A DNA stretch of 63,963 nucleotides, the filler included, from an uncultured archaeon (lineage in GTDB: Archaea > Iainarchaeota > Iainarchaeia > Iainarchaeales > 1-14-0-10-31-34): NCBI GenBank assembly GCA_964442255.1. It is 3 parts of 3 records of this genome, joined end to end, with 100 filler letters (N's around TTAATTAATTAA, not from the genome) between each part and the next. Parts side by side here need not be neighbours in the genome. Positions count along the whole stretch, not along the records: positions 1 to 28,579 come from CAYTYC010000015.1; positions 28,680 to 56,999 come from CAYTYC010000016.1; 1 more part is not named here. The stretch is one strand, 5' to 3'. Within the stretch, counting starts at the first letter, position 1; every line of letters starts with the position of its first letter. The position numbers and the translations under genes were made by a program. Below the pieces are notes generated by a model. The model was not told the origin of the DNA and did no database searches. It saw only the letters and a list, made by a program, of their open reading frames with translations. Below are positions 26,522 through 35,771 of the stretch, in pieces.

Positions 26522-27007
26522 TCAGTCCCCGAGCTTTCCCAAATGACTGTACGCCAGCCAGAACATTAAAGAATTAACTATCAGGCTGAATGCGTCAATT
26601 TCCCTGAAGTAAACGGAAATAATTGCAATCACTATCCCCAGCAATGTTACCACTATCCCTAAAAGGCCGCCCAAAACCTTTCCCTTAAAAAACGCTATCC
26701 CTGAAACCAGGTAAACCGCACCCAAAACCATTGCAAAAATTCCGTACAAAAAATAAAACTGGAAAGGCGTTTCGCCGATTGAAAAAAAGAAAAAAGAAGA
26801 GTCAACCCCGAAAAACTGGGGAAACAAAAACAAGGCTGAAGCAATAAGGTAAACAACTGAAATCAAAACCATCATCAGGCCGATAAAGGACACGCCCAAA
26901 GGCCTCTTCACAGCCACCAAAGCCTCCACCGCGGACTTTTTTTTCTCCTGCTTCTGTTTCTTCAACAAGTCTTCCAAAAGCTCTTCTTCCGCGTCACTTA
27001 AAGGCAT
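26522..27007 (-). CDS. Hypothetical membrane protein
   Basis: KRPLGVSFI followed by about four TM helices. Confidence 0.7.
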   Translation of the reverse strand: MPLSDAEEELLEDLLKKQKQEKKKSAVEALVAVKRPLGVSFIGLMMVLISVVYLIASALFLFPQFFGVDSSFFFFSIGETPFQFYFLYGIFAMVLGAVYLVSGIAFFKGKVLGGLLGIVVTLLGIVIAIISVYFREIDAFSLIVNSLMFWLAYSHLGKLGD

Positions 27008-27117
27008 TGCACAATTAAATGGCTTTCACCGTATAAAAAGCTTTTCCTTTCCCGCCCTCTGCAAAAAAGGCGCCTGAAAAGGTTTATTAAGTTTGTTTGA
27101 ATAATTCCATATAAACT

Positions 27118-27290
27118 GCAGGGGTGGCGGAGTGGTTTAACGCGGCAGCCTGCTAACGCGGTTTCGCCCGCGTGCGACGAGATACGTCAAGGGGTTTCCC
27201 TTTGGTCAACCCCTTATAAATATGTTTTTTGTTGCAAGGCAGAAAGCTGTTGCCCTTATGGGCGCGCGAGTTCGAATCTCGCCCCCTGCG
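27118..27290 (+). tRNA. tRNA-Ser(GCT) with 89-nt intron at 37/38 (27156-27244)
   Basis: Acceptor GCAGGGG/CCCCTGC, arm GCAGC-CT-GCT-A|A-GCTGT, long variable arm, BHB helix CTGC/GCAG. Confidence 0.92.
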
Positions 27291-27293
27291 TTT

Positions 27294-27797
27294 ATGCCGG
27301 CTTTCCACAAAACCAAACGAAGAAAACCCGCCCCAAAGTTTGGGGAAGACTACTTTCAAGCCAACAAAAAAGACTTTAATCCGGCGTTTTTCGTAAAAAG
27401 CCTGCGAGAACGCTCTGGAATGCTGGCAAAAAACCACAGGAAGGCAGAGCAGGTAGCAAATACCCTTACAGGCGTTTTATCATACTTACTGAGAACTGCT
27501 AGCAACCCTGAACCTTTGAAAAAGTCTGATTTGATAAAGCTTAGAGAATTAGATTGGAAAACGCAAAAAATACATGAATCGTTTTGGGAAGACATGCAAA
27601 AGATTTTTTCAGACGGGTATCTGCAAAGAGCCGGATTCGGGAGGGGAGGGCATGCAATAGATGAACACCGCAAAAATATTCACGAGATTGCTCGCAGAAA
27701 AAACGAGATTAGAGCTGCAATGAATGCCCTTTGGTCCACTAAAAATCATCAACCGGTTAGGCCGCCAAGCAAGATACGGCCTATTGACGAAGGATAA
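27294..27797 (+). CDS. Hypothetical helical protein with basic N-terminus
   Basis: MPAFHKTKRRKP start lies 3 nt after the tRNA 3' end; the longer ORF-track start overlaps the tRNA. Confidence 0.6.
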   Translation: MPAFHKTKRRKPAPKFGEDYFQANKKDFNPAFFVKSLRERSGMLAKNHRKAEQVANTLTGVLSYLLRTASNPEPLKKSDLIKLRELDWKTQKIHESFWEDMQKIFSDGYLQRAGFGRGGHAIDEHRKNIHEIARRKNEIRAAMNALWSTKNHQPVRPPSKIRPIDEG

Positions 27798-27854
27798 AAC
27801 ATAAAAACCAAACCTTGAGTACAGATTGTTGCGGAAGGCGCAAAGTGGAAAAAA

Positions 27855-28091
27855 ATGGGCTTGAGGATAATAAAACACGCGAGAGAAAGAATGCATGAAT
27901 ACGGCATAACCGAAGAACAAATCAAAGAAACCCTGCAAAACCCGGACATATTGTCGGAGGGAAAACAAAAAAGAAAGATCGCCCAAAAAAGGTTAAATAC
28001 TTACATATTAAGGGTTATATATGAAAAAAACGGGGAAACCAAAACAGTTATCACGGCCTACAAAGCAAAGAGGGAAAGGTATGAAATATGA
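27855..28091 (+). CDS. DUF4258-like putative toxin
   Basis: HARERM-YGIT, LRVIYE, VITAY. Confidence 0.8.
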   Translation: MGLRIIKHARERMHEYGITEEQIKETLQNPDILSEGKQKRKIAQKRLNTYILRVIYEKNGETKTVITAYKAKRERYEI

Positions 28092-28287
28092 GTACGACAA
28101 GGAATCCGACATCTTAACCATTAAGCTGAGGGACGAAAAGCCTGATTTCGGGGAACAGACAGGCAATGTAATCACCCACTACAACAAGGAAAACAGGCCC
28201 GTGGAAATCGAGATACTGGATGCAAGCGAAACCGCCCTGGAAATGCTCAAGGCAATGCTGCCCAAAAAGGCGGTTGCCAAAGCTTAA
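28081..28287 (+). CDS. DUF2283-like putative antitoxin
   Basis: MKYEYDKESDILTI, VEIEILDAS. Confidence 0.85.
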   Translation: MKYEYDKESDILTIKLRDEKPDFGEQTGNVITHYNKENRPVEIEILDASETALEMLKAMLPKKAVAKA

Positions 28288-28319
28288 TAACTTTTTCTTG
28301 CCCAACTAAGAACAGGCAC

Positions 28320-28511
28320 GGCGGGATACCGAAGTGGCCAAACGGGTCAGACTCAAGTGAACTTTTTTAGAAAAAAAGTTTAATCAAAAAAAGCTTTTTG
28401 AGAAAAAGCTTTAGCAAAAACCTCCGCTTACGCGGAGAAAAACTTTTGATGAATTGTTTGGAGAGATCTGATGGCTTAGTGCCTTCGGGGGTTCGAATCC
28501 TCCTCCCGCCA
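28320..28511 (+). tRNA. tRNA-Leu(CAA) with 108-nt repeat-derived intron (28358-28465)
   Basis: Acceptor GGCGGGA/TCCCGCC, arm TCAGA-CT-CAA-G|A-TCTGA, variable arm, GGTTCGAATCC. Confidence 0.9.
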
Positions 28512-28579
28512 AAACTTTTTTGGAAAAAAAGTTTTATCAAAAAAATTCTGCCTTCGGCAGTAAAACTTTTTGGAAAAAA
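28511..28579 (+). repeat. Modular hairpin repeat at contig end
   Basis: AAACTTTTTTGGAAAAAAAGTTTTATCAAAA and CTGCCTTCGGCAG. Confidence 0.85.
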
Positions 28580-28679
28580 NNNNNNNNNNNNNNNNNNNNN
28601 NNNNNNNNNNNNNNNNNNNNNNNTTAATTAATTAANNNNNNNNNNNNNNNNNNNNNNNNNNNNNNNNNNNNNNNNNNNN
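28580..28679. other. Artificial contig linker (N-TTAATTAATTAA-N)
   Basis: Six-frame-stop spacer inside Ns; identical at 57000-57099. Confidence 0.9.
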
Positions 28680-28772
28680 TTTTGAAAAGTTTCTCCGCCG
28701 AAGGCGACCCTTTTTGATCAAACTTTTTTGAAAAAAGTTTGTTTTGATGAAACTTTTTCCCAAAAAGTTTCC
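28680..28772 (-). repeat. Modular hairpin repeat, inverted, truncating the NYN gene
   Basis: Reverse complement matches the modules at 1-72. Confidence 0.85.
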
Positions 28773-29121
28773 CCCTTAAGGAAGCCGTCTACTTTTCCAA
28801 CACAGGAACCACAAAAACCTGCAGATTTTTTCGCGTCTTCCACTCTTTTGTCCACTTTGACGTATTTGAGTTTTCTGTGCCTAATCACTAACCCAGGAAT
28901 CTGTTTCTTTAGTTTTTCATGGAATTTTTGCTGGCCCGCATACTGTTCCGGCTCTATTTTAAGACTTTTAATCGCGTCATAGAAGAAAGACCTTTGAATG
29001 TTAAACTTTTTTGACAGTTCTGAATAAAACCAGCCGTATTCAAAACAACCAAATATTTTGTTTTGCTTCAACCCATGGTAAAGGTTTGAACCGTCAATAA
29101 ACAAGTAGCTTTTTTTTTCAT
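28718..29121 (-). pseudogene. Truncated NYN domain gene
   Basis: FIDGSNLYHGL present, EKGVD and SGDSD absent. The C-terminus reads into the repeat. The ATG at 29121 is out of frame across an A9 tract. Confidence 0.75.
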
Positions 29122-29337
29122 GATGAAAATGAGCCCGGGTTTGCCGAAGCAACCGCGGGGCTGCAATAAAGACTATTATATGTTTCATCATTTTTAAAGC
29201 TTTCTGGTAAGGCAAAAAACGAAAAAACCCCCAAAATAAGCCAAATAAGGAAGAAAGCCCCTTAAACCAATCCGTGCTTTCTTGGCTTTTTGAAGGCGTG
29301 CATATAATTTAATTATTGGTTACCCTAATGCTTATTT

Positions 29338-30219
29338 ATGCCTGGCAAAATTAAAAAGCCAAAGCCTGCAGCAAAAAATAAAAGGGAAAGGTATTTGGGG
29401 CTGAAAAGGCTTCCGGAAGGATTTTCCTGGTTCAGGGCAAAGGCATACGAAATGGTTGTAAGCACTGCGGAAGCAAAACGCTTTATCCCAGGCAACTGGA
29501 ACTTCAAGAGCCTTGCGCCCGCAGAACCGGTGCCTGTTGAAAGCGTGCCGCAGGCTGTCAGGGGCTTCACCAAAAAAACAGGGAAAAAGGTTTTCGGCTT
29601 TTTCCTTAAGCCAGTTAAAGAGGCCGCCCAGTTGGAAGACCTGCTTGAATTAAAGAAAAGGGTTAAAGTAGAGGAGCCGCTTGGGTTGATTGTTTTTTGC
29701 GGAGGCCTGCAGCCAAGAAAAAGAAAGAAAGCGGCTGAACTGATGAAAGCCGGGCAGATTTACGCGATAACAAAATTTGCGGAAGGCTCTTTGCTTGGTG
29801 ACATAATATGGGTGATGTTTCCGGAAAAAAGAAAAACAAAGATAGTCGGGGACCTGGGAAAATGGATGTCTGACTTTCACAAATCTGGCAGGGTCCACGG
29901 CGACGTGCACCCTTGGAATTTCATTGTCCCTGAAACGGAGTTAATTTACGAGCGAAGGAGGCTTAAGCCCATAACGCTTGACCCTGAAACGATTCAAAAT
30001 ATTGGCAAATGGAGGGAAAGGGACAAAAGGCATGCATTCGTGGCAGAAATAAGGAAGTTTATGGAAAAATGCAAGGAAATCGGCTTGATTTCCGGCAAGA
30101 GGGAAGCACTGGAATTTGCAATTGAATATTTTGGGAACATGTATAAGGAAAACGAAGCTAAAAAGTTAATCAGCCAGTTTATGAAAAGCAATTGGGCAAA
30201 AAAAACTTTCCCTTTTTGA
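29338..30219 (+). CDS. Protein kinase-like (Kdo/WaaP/Bud32-type fold) protein
   Basis: FFLKP, EEPLG, FHKSGRVHGDVHPWNF, LDPE. Confidence 0.7.
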   Translation: MPGKIKKPKPAAKNKRERYLGLKRLPEGFSWFRAKAYEMVVSTAEAKRFIPGNWNFKSLAPAEPVPVESVPQAVRGFTKKTGKKVFGFFLKPVKEAAQLEDLLELKKRVKVEEPLGLIVFCGGLQPRKRKKAAELMKAGQIYAITKFAEGSLLGDIIWVMFPEKRKTKIVGDLGKWMSDFHKSGRVHGDVHPWNFIVPETELIYERRRLKPITLDPETIQNIGKWRERDKRHAFVAEIRKFMEKCKEIGLISGKREALEFAIEYFGNMYKENEAKKLISQFMKSNWAKKTFPF

Positions 30220-30221
30220 AT

Positions 30222-30380
30222 TCAGTCCGCCAGCATTACGGGAATGCCGCCTTCCACTTTGTACTCTTTTTTGCATTTAATGCAGACAAGCATGTTTTCT
30301 TTTTTCAGGTACTTCACGTCCGATTTGCATGCAGGGCACGCCAAAACTTCCAAAAGCTCTTTTGAGAGTTCTTCAGCCAT
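30222..30380 (-). CDS. Trm112 family protein, 52 aa, not in ORF track
   Basis: LLEVLACPACKSD...LVCIKCKKEYKVEGGIPVML. Confidence 0.9.
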   Translation of the reverse strand: MAEELSKELLEVLACPACKSDVKYLKKENMLVCIKCKKEYKVEGGIPVMLAD

Positions 30381-31448
30381 TCAAACACCTTCCGCAAGAG
30401 AACGGTAAAGGTTCTCCAGCTTTTTGCTGACAACATTAACATCAAATTCCTTTAAAACCTTCTTGCGCGCACTGGAACCAAGCTTTTTCTGCAGTTTTGA
30501 ATCGGAGAGAAGCAGGGAAATTTTTTCCCTTAAATTTTCCGCGCTGTTTTCCTTGAGCACAAACCCGTTCACGCCTTCATCCAACTGGTCTTTTATCCCG
30601 AAAGCGTTTCCCGCAATCACAGCGCAGCCTGAGCTCATTGCCTCCAAAACTGCAAGGGGCATTACCTCAAATTTTGAGGGAAGAACGAATATTCCTGCTG
30701 CAGAGAATTCCTTTGCCAGCTCGGAATGCTTCACTGCCCCAAGGAATTTTGCGTTCAGTTTTTTTTCTTCCGCAAATGTTTTGAGTTGTTTTTCCAACGG
30801 CCCGGAGCCGGCAACCTTCAGCCCGAAATCCTTCATTCCTTCAAGCGCCTGCAAAAGCATTAAAGGGTTTTTTTCCTTGTCCAGACGTGCCGCGAAAAGA
30901 ATCCTTTTGGAATTTTTTTTCCCGGGTTTGAATGTTGATGTATCCACATAGTTCGGAATTAAATGGATTTTTTCTTTTGCAACTTTTTTTTCCATTACTT
31001 TTTTCATTTCGCTGCTCAGGGCTATCACTGCGTCGGCTTTTGCGTAAACCTTTTTCTGCGCCAAGTCAAACACGCGCGTGAATGGAGTGCGGTGAAAGTC
31101 CATTCCGGGAAGGTTGTACCAGTTGTGCTCGGTGTAAACAAGCGGGGCTTTTCCAAGGAAGGGAAGCGCGGAAAGCGGGTGGTGGCAGTGCACCACCTCT
31201 GCATCCAGTTTTTTGCTTGCAGGAAAGCATTTCAGCATTGAGGCAAAGGACTGGAGTTGCGGGGGCTTAAGTTTTTCCAGGCCGATTTCCACTGCGTTTG
31301 GAATTTTTGCGCGGGAACAGAAAACCTGCACCTGGTTTCCGCGCGCAGCCAGGGCGTTATGCAAATCCCACACCAGCTGCTCCACCGCGCCCTGCGAAGG
31401 CGGAAGAACATCATTCGGCGAACAGTTGCTTACAAGCGCGATCTTCAT
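30381..31448 (-). CDS. Glycosyltransferase family 4
   Basis: ARLDKEKN, FVLPSKFEVMPLAVLEAMSSG. Confidence 0.9.
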   Translation of the reverse strand: MKIALVSNCSPNDVLPPSQGAVEQLVWDLHNALAARGNQVQVFCSRAKIPNAVEIGLEKLKPPQLQSFASMLKCFPASKKLDAEVVHCHHPLSALPFLGKAPLVYTEHNWYNLPGMDFHRTPFTRVFDLAQKKVYAKADAVIALSSEMKKVMEKKVAKEKIHLIPNYVDTSTFKPGKKNSKRILFAARLDKEKNPLMLLQALEGMKDFGLKVAGSGPLEKQLKTFAEEKKLNAKFLGAVKHSELAKEFSAAGIFVLPSKFEVMPLAVLEAMSSGCAVIAGNAFGIKDQLDEGVNGFVLKENSAENLREKISLLLSDSKLQKKLGSSARKKVLKEFDVNVVSKKLENLYRSLAEGV

Positions 31449-31494
31449 TCCGGGGCCTCCATCACTTGCCTCTCCTTTGCCTGAATAACGCAAA

Positions 31495-31848
31495 TCAGCT
31501 TCTTTTGTATCCTAATTTTCTTTCGTAATCCTTGTGCGAAATCCATTCAATCAGGATGGAAATTATTTCAATTTCATTTCCTCTAATTGTGTAAAGTAGC
31601 CGCCAGCCGTTTGGCAAATCGTACTTGCGAAGGTTGGTTATGCGGTATTTTTGGATGTATTCTTTTGGCCATTGTTTGGATGGCACCCTGATTCCGCATA
31701 ATGGGTTTTGCTTGAGGTCTTCCATGGCCCTGTTCAAATACTTGGCAAGCTGTCGGTCTTCATATTTACCGCTTTTGAGTTCTTCAAAGGCTTTCTTCAA
31801 AGAAGGTTCAATAAAGGCAATGCCTTTGATTCGCTCTTTTTGGCTCAT
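31495..31848 (-). CDS. RelE-like putative toxin
   Basis: NLRKYDLPNGWRLLYTI, HKDYERK. Confidence 0.7.
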   Translation of the reverse strand: MSQKERIKGIAFIEPSLKKAFEELKSGKYEDRQLAKYLNRAMEDLKQNPLCGIRVPSKQWPKEYIQKYRITNLRKYDLPNGWRLLYTIRGNEIEIISILIEWISHKDYERKLGYKRS

Positions 31849-32138
31849 TTAACCACAAGCCCCTTCTTCTTAAGCTTTTCAATTTCTTTTGGCGCCCAAA
31901 TCCAAATCGGGTGCTTCTCATTGTCAATAAGAATCTTGCCGCTATACTCCAGGTAATCCAATGTTGCCATGTATGTTTGCCACATTACCTGTTTCGGCAG
32001 CTTTTTCCAAAGCGCTCTCACAGAGTAGTCGCCGCCGGCATCCATTAGCGCCTTTTCAATCATCAGCACAGTATCAAGCCTTGGAAAACGCAAAACCTCA
32101 TTTTTGAAAATTTGCATCTCTTTTTGCACAATAACCAC
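31845..32138 (-). CDS. Winged-helix putative antitoxin
   Basis: PRLDTVLMIE, LDYLEYSGKI; overlaps toxin start; palindrome TATATCA-AA-TGATATA at 32141-32156. Confidence 0.65.
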   Translation of the reverse strand: MVIVQKEMQIFKNEVLRFPRLDTVLMIEKALMDAGGDYSVRALWKKLPKQVMWQTYMATLDYLEYSGKILIDNEKHPIWIWAPKEIEKLKKKGLVVK

Positions 32139-32291
32139 TATATATCAAATGATATACAAATGTATTTAAGCTTATCTTTCGGTTGAATTTTCTTCACAAC
32201 AGGGACTTAGCAAGCTTAAAAACCCGGTTATCGCCACGCTTTTTCGGGCAATAACCCCATCATTGCCGTTATGAGTGGGTGTTAATGACAA

Positions 32292-32331
32292 AAACTTTTA
32301 GAAAAAGTTTTATCAAAAAATGCCTTCGGCA
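32292..32331 (+). repeat. Short copy of the modular hairpin repeat
   Basis: AAACTTTTAGAAAAAGTTTTATCAAAAAATGCCTTCGGCA. Confidence 0.85.
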
Positions 32332-32358
32332 ATTAAAAAATAATACGCTATCTAGGCC

Positions 32359-33183
32359 TTACAGCAGGATATTAGTGGGTCGATATATTTTTTTATAAAA
32401 AAGTATTGAAGTTATTATATCAACTCCAATCAACAAAAGCCACCATAAATTATTTGTCACGAATGCTAAATACGCAGAAAAATAAGCCGTTGTCAGAATA
32501 ACAGCAATTCTGTGAAGTTTAACAGAGTTATAGAAAAAGAGCAAAAAAATAAGCAAAACCAGTGGAACCAACAAGGCTATTTGTGGAATGTGTAAAAAAG
32601 AAAGATACCCTGCAGCAATTAACAAGGTAGCCGCAATGATTTTTGAAAAGGTCATTCCGGCAACTATCGGCAAAGTTACTTTGTCCACATTAATGTCGCG
32701 GAAATCAGCAATTAAATTGCGTGCTGCAGTAAATGAAAAAACTATCCCAATAAACAAAATTGGCACAGACTCTAATTTTTCACCCGCAAAAAAGAACACT
32801 GTTAAAAATAACAGCACTTGCTGCATTCCACGAATAATGAATGAAATCAGCCCAAAATACCGCTTCTTTTTCTGGGCATATGCAATTGAAACTAGCACAA
32901 AAGAAACAAGCAATAGCAATGCCATTAAATTATCCGAAATCACAAAAGCAGATACAACTAACAATATAACGGGAAATAAAATTGGGATTCGCGGCCTGCC
33001 TTCGTCCTTATGCACATACTCCAAAATAAGAATAAGCAAAAACCAGAGAATTAAACCTAATGCAAGCCCTAATGCGAGTGAACCCGAAACTGCAAAATGA
33101 ACTGCAAGGGTTGCCAATAATAATAAATTAATCCAAGAATACGGTCGCAAAAGTCAGAGATAACTTTTAATTAAATGGAACAA
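32359..33183 (-). pseudogene. UbiA-family prenyltransferase-like membrane gene with in-frame TGA at codon 10 (or restart at 33150)
   Basis: (M)FHLIKSYL*LLRPYSW; ARNLIADFRDINVD motif; AT-rich. Confidence 0.55.
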
Positions 33184-33193
33184 TTATATCAAC

Positions 33194-34045
33194 TCATAAA
33201 TTATTTTTATCGCCTGCCAGTTTTTTCCTTTTCGTTTGTTCTGGTTCCTGCAAATAGTTTTCTTGTGTTGCTATTTTTTCGCCTGATTCTATTTCCAGTT
33301 TTTTTCTTGCGTCTCCGGCAATTTTTCCGCCTAATCTTGCGGCTTTCTTGTTTTGAGTGAATCCTTGCGCGTCTTTGCTTCTGGCTATTTTGGTTGTCGA
33401 GGCTTCCCCAAGCATTGTAAAAATTAGCTCCAAGTCAGTCATATGGTCGCGCAGGTTTTGTCTTTTCAGTTTCTTGAAGTTCTTGTATTCTTCCACTGTT
33501 TTGCCAAACGTTGCCTCGCTTATTTCATTCGTTAAAATAGCGTACTCTTTTTCTTGCTTGATTCCTCTGTTTTGCCATTCATCAGTTAATTCCTGCCTTA
33601 CTGCAATTCCTCTAACTCTTTTCTCAACCCAGCTATTAGAGTAGCCTTTTGCTTTGTATAATTCTTTCATTCTTGCTTGAGCTAATTCTGGGTTTTCTAT
33701 TTCCTGCACTCTTTCATAACCCACTTTTGAAAGCCATAACTTGAAGGGCTCTGCTTTTGGGGAGGGAATGGATTGAATTATCCTGAATGCTCCGGCAGTG
33801 TTAACGCTGTTTACTTTCCTTTTTTTGCCGTCTAAAGCAGTCATTTCAAGAAGGGTACAAATTGTACCCCAGTTGGAATTAAGCGGTTCATCCCTTTGCC
33901 TCATTTTCTTAACATATTGTTTCGGGTCTGTACTGTCTGTTAAAACGCTTACAATATCCAATACTGAAAACCACCATTCTTCATTATGCCAAGTTCGCCT
34001 GATTTTTCTGCCCTGAAACACAATCAAAGCATTTTCCTCACTCAT
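33194..34045 (-). CDS. Bro-N domain protein
   Basis: IRRTWHNEEWWFSVLD, RIIQSIPSPKAEPFKLWL, NLRDHMTDLEL. Confidence 0.9.
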   Translation of the reverse strand: MSEENALIVFQGRKIRRTWHNEEWWFSVLDIVSVLTDSTDPKQYVKKMRQRDEPLNSNWGTICTLLEMTALDGKKRKVNSVNTAGAFRIIQSIPSPKAEPFKLWLSKVGYERVQEIENPELAQARMKELYKAKGYSNSWVEKRVRGIAVRQELTDEWQNRGIKQEKEYAILTNEISEATFGKTVEEYKNFKKLKRQNLRDHMTDLELIFTMLGEASTTKIARSKDAQGFTQNKKAARLGGKIAGDARKKLEIESGEKIATQENYLQEPEQTKRKKLAGDKNNL

Positions 34046-34265
34046 TTTTTCACCTAATTTATTCGCTATTTTTATATTTTATCTTCAAACCTTTTAAAGC
34101 TTTTTTGAGAGCGCCTTTCCGGTGAAACTTATTCCAAAAAATCAGTAAAGAGGGTCTTAACTTCGGGTTGCGTCGTTAACACCTTCCAATATTGGTTTTC
34201 ACCTCATCATTGCCAACAGAAAGGTGTAGGGATTATGTGCTAAAATTAATGGTTTTGGGGGTGCT

Positions 34266-34583
34266 TTAAAGCATCTGGCCCCAGAATGCCACAAAGTAGC
34301 CGCCTTCACAGCTTGCGACGTATCTCCCGAAAGGCAGCCAGTGCACTTTGTAATCGCAAATTAGGATGCCGTCGGTTATTCCCAGCCTTCTGCTAGCTTC
34401 TTCCATCTGCCGCAAGGCTTCCTCGTTTCCAATTATTCTGTCCTTGGAAACTATTGTGCCGTCCTTTCTGCCTTTCTCTTGCAGGATCTTGTCGTGTAGT
34501 GCTTGGTCGTTAATCCAAGGGGCCCAGGCAAGCAAAAGCAGGGGCAAAAGAATTGCAGCCGCTGCAACTGTTTTTCATTTCAT
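34266..34583 (-). pseudogene. Small secreted/membrane protein with in-frame TGA at codon 3
   Basis: ATG 2 nt after the upstream stop gives MK*KTVAAAAILLPLLLLAWAPW. Confidence 0.5.
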
Positions 34584-34585
34584 GC

Positions 34586-35701
34586 TCAGCCCCTTGCATT
34601 AACGCGCTTGTCATACAATTCCTTGATGATTTTAACAAGGAGAGAGGAAAGCAAAAGCTGGACTCCGATTAAAACCAGAAGCAGGCCTGCAAACGAAGAA
34701 ATCCAGTGCTCTGCGGGATAAGAGAAAAGGCTGATAATTCCCCCCACAATCATCAGGAAAAGCCCTGCCAGATTGAAGTAGGCGAGAAGATAGCGGTTGA
34801 ATGCCCAGCGGTAAAAAAAGGATTCATCCAATGCATTGTAGAAGAGCTTTACCGCAAAATTTGCGAGAAAGCCAAAAAAGAAGAGGTTTAATCCGGAGAG
34901 AAGGAAGGCAAGGGTAAGAAAATAGTTTCCGGAAACCAAAAACTGGTTGAACAGCCCGCACAAAAAAAGGAATGCCCCCGCAAAACCAAACAACTTCAGG
35001 GGATTGTATAATTTCACCTGATCCACCACAGAAAAAAAAAACCTTGGGCCGTGGCGGAAATAATTGAGTTTGGATGTTCCAACGCGGGCAAAATAATTCA
35101 CCGGCACCTCCTTAACGGGATGGCCTTCCTCCACCGCCATTGCCGTCATCGCGGGAGTGAACTCCAGCCCGGAGGGAAGGTGAAAGAGTTTTGGGGTTAA
35201 GTGCGAACGGAAAACCCTCATTCCGGAGGCAGAGTCACTTACAGTGCTTTTCGTTAAGGAGGAAAGAAAAATGTTGAGCGCACGGTTGGCGTAAAGCCTT
35301 TTCCTTTGCATGCTTTCCCTGGTGCTGGCCCTTGCGCCAATCACCAAATCATTTTTGCCTTTCACCAGTTCTTCCACCAGCTCAGGCAGCTGCGCAACAG
35401 GGTAGGTGCCGTCCGCGTCATAGAATGCAATCAATTCCCCTTTCGCGGACTCAAAGCCTTTCTTTAATGCCCCCCCGTAACCGTGGTTGGATTTCAGGTC
35501 CAGAATTTTCAGGCCCTGCTCCAAAAATTTTTTCATTTCATTCAGGGAAGAGTCCGTGGAGGCGTCGTTTACCGCGATTACCTCAAAGCCTGATATCAGG
35601 CGGGCTGCAAGAAGTTCATCCCTTGCGCGGAAGGTTTCCTGCAGGGTTGAGGCAATGCTGTTTTCCTCGTTGTAAACCGGGATGACAACGCTTAATTTCA
35701 C
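34586..35701 (-). CDS. GT2 glycosyltransferase (DPM1-like) with C-terminal TM domain
   Basis: VVIPVYNEE, VNDASTD, YDADGTY, DSASGMR. Confidence 0.9.
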   Translation of the reverse strand: MKLSVVIPVYNEENSIASTLQETFRARDELLAARLISGFEVIAVNDASTDSSLNEMKKFLEQGLKILDLKSNHGYGGALKKGFESAKGELIAFYDADGTYPVAQLPELVEELVKGKNDLVIGARASTRESMQRKRLYANRALNIFLSSLTKSTVSDSASGMRVFRSHLTPKLFHLPSGLEFTPAMTAMAVEEGHPVKEVPVNYFARVGTSKLNYFRHGPRFFFSVVDQVKLYNPLKLFGFAGAFLFLCGLFNQFLVSGNYFLTLAFLLSGLNLFFFGFLANFAVKLFYNALDESFFYRWAFNRYLLAYFNLAGLFLMIVGGIISLFSYPAEHWISSFAGLLLVLIGVQLLLSSLLVKIIKELYDKRVNARG

Positions 35702-35771
35702 GGTTTCGCCTGCAAAAAATATGGGCTGATAAGCTTTTAAACAATTAAACGGTTATTTTAAGCGGTTTGAA

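Noticed and set aside
28580..28679. TTAATTAATTAA palindrome as a biological site (also 57000-57099)
   Set aside because: It sits inside N runs and is identical at both places, so it is an artificial six-frame-stop linker. Synteny across it is not meaningful.
32359..34583. Genome-wide UGA recoding (code 4 or 25)
   Set aside because: Many conserved genes end in TGA at the expected position, and Trp and Gly use standard codons.
22040..34583. Provirus (HNH, Bro-N, Fic, tRNA-end repeats)
   Set aside because: No integrase, capsid, terminase or replication genes, and the region crosses a contig linker.
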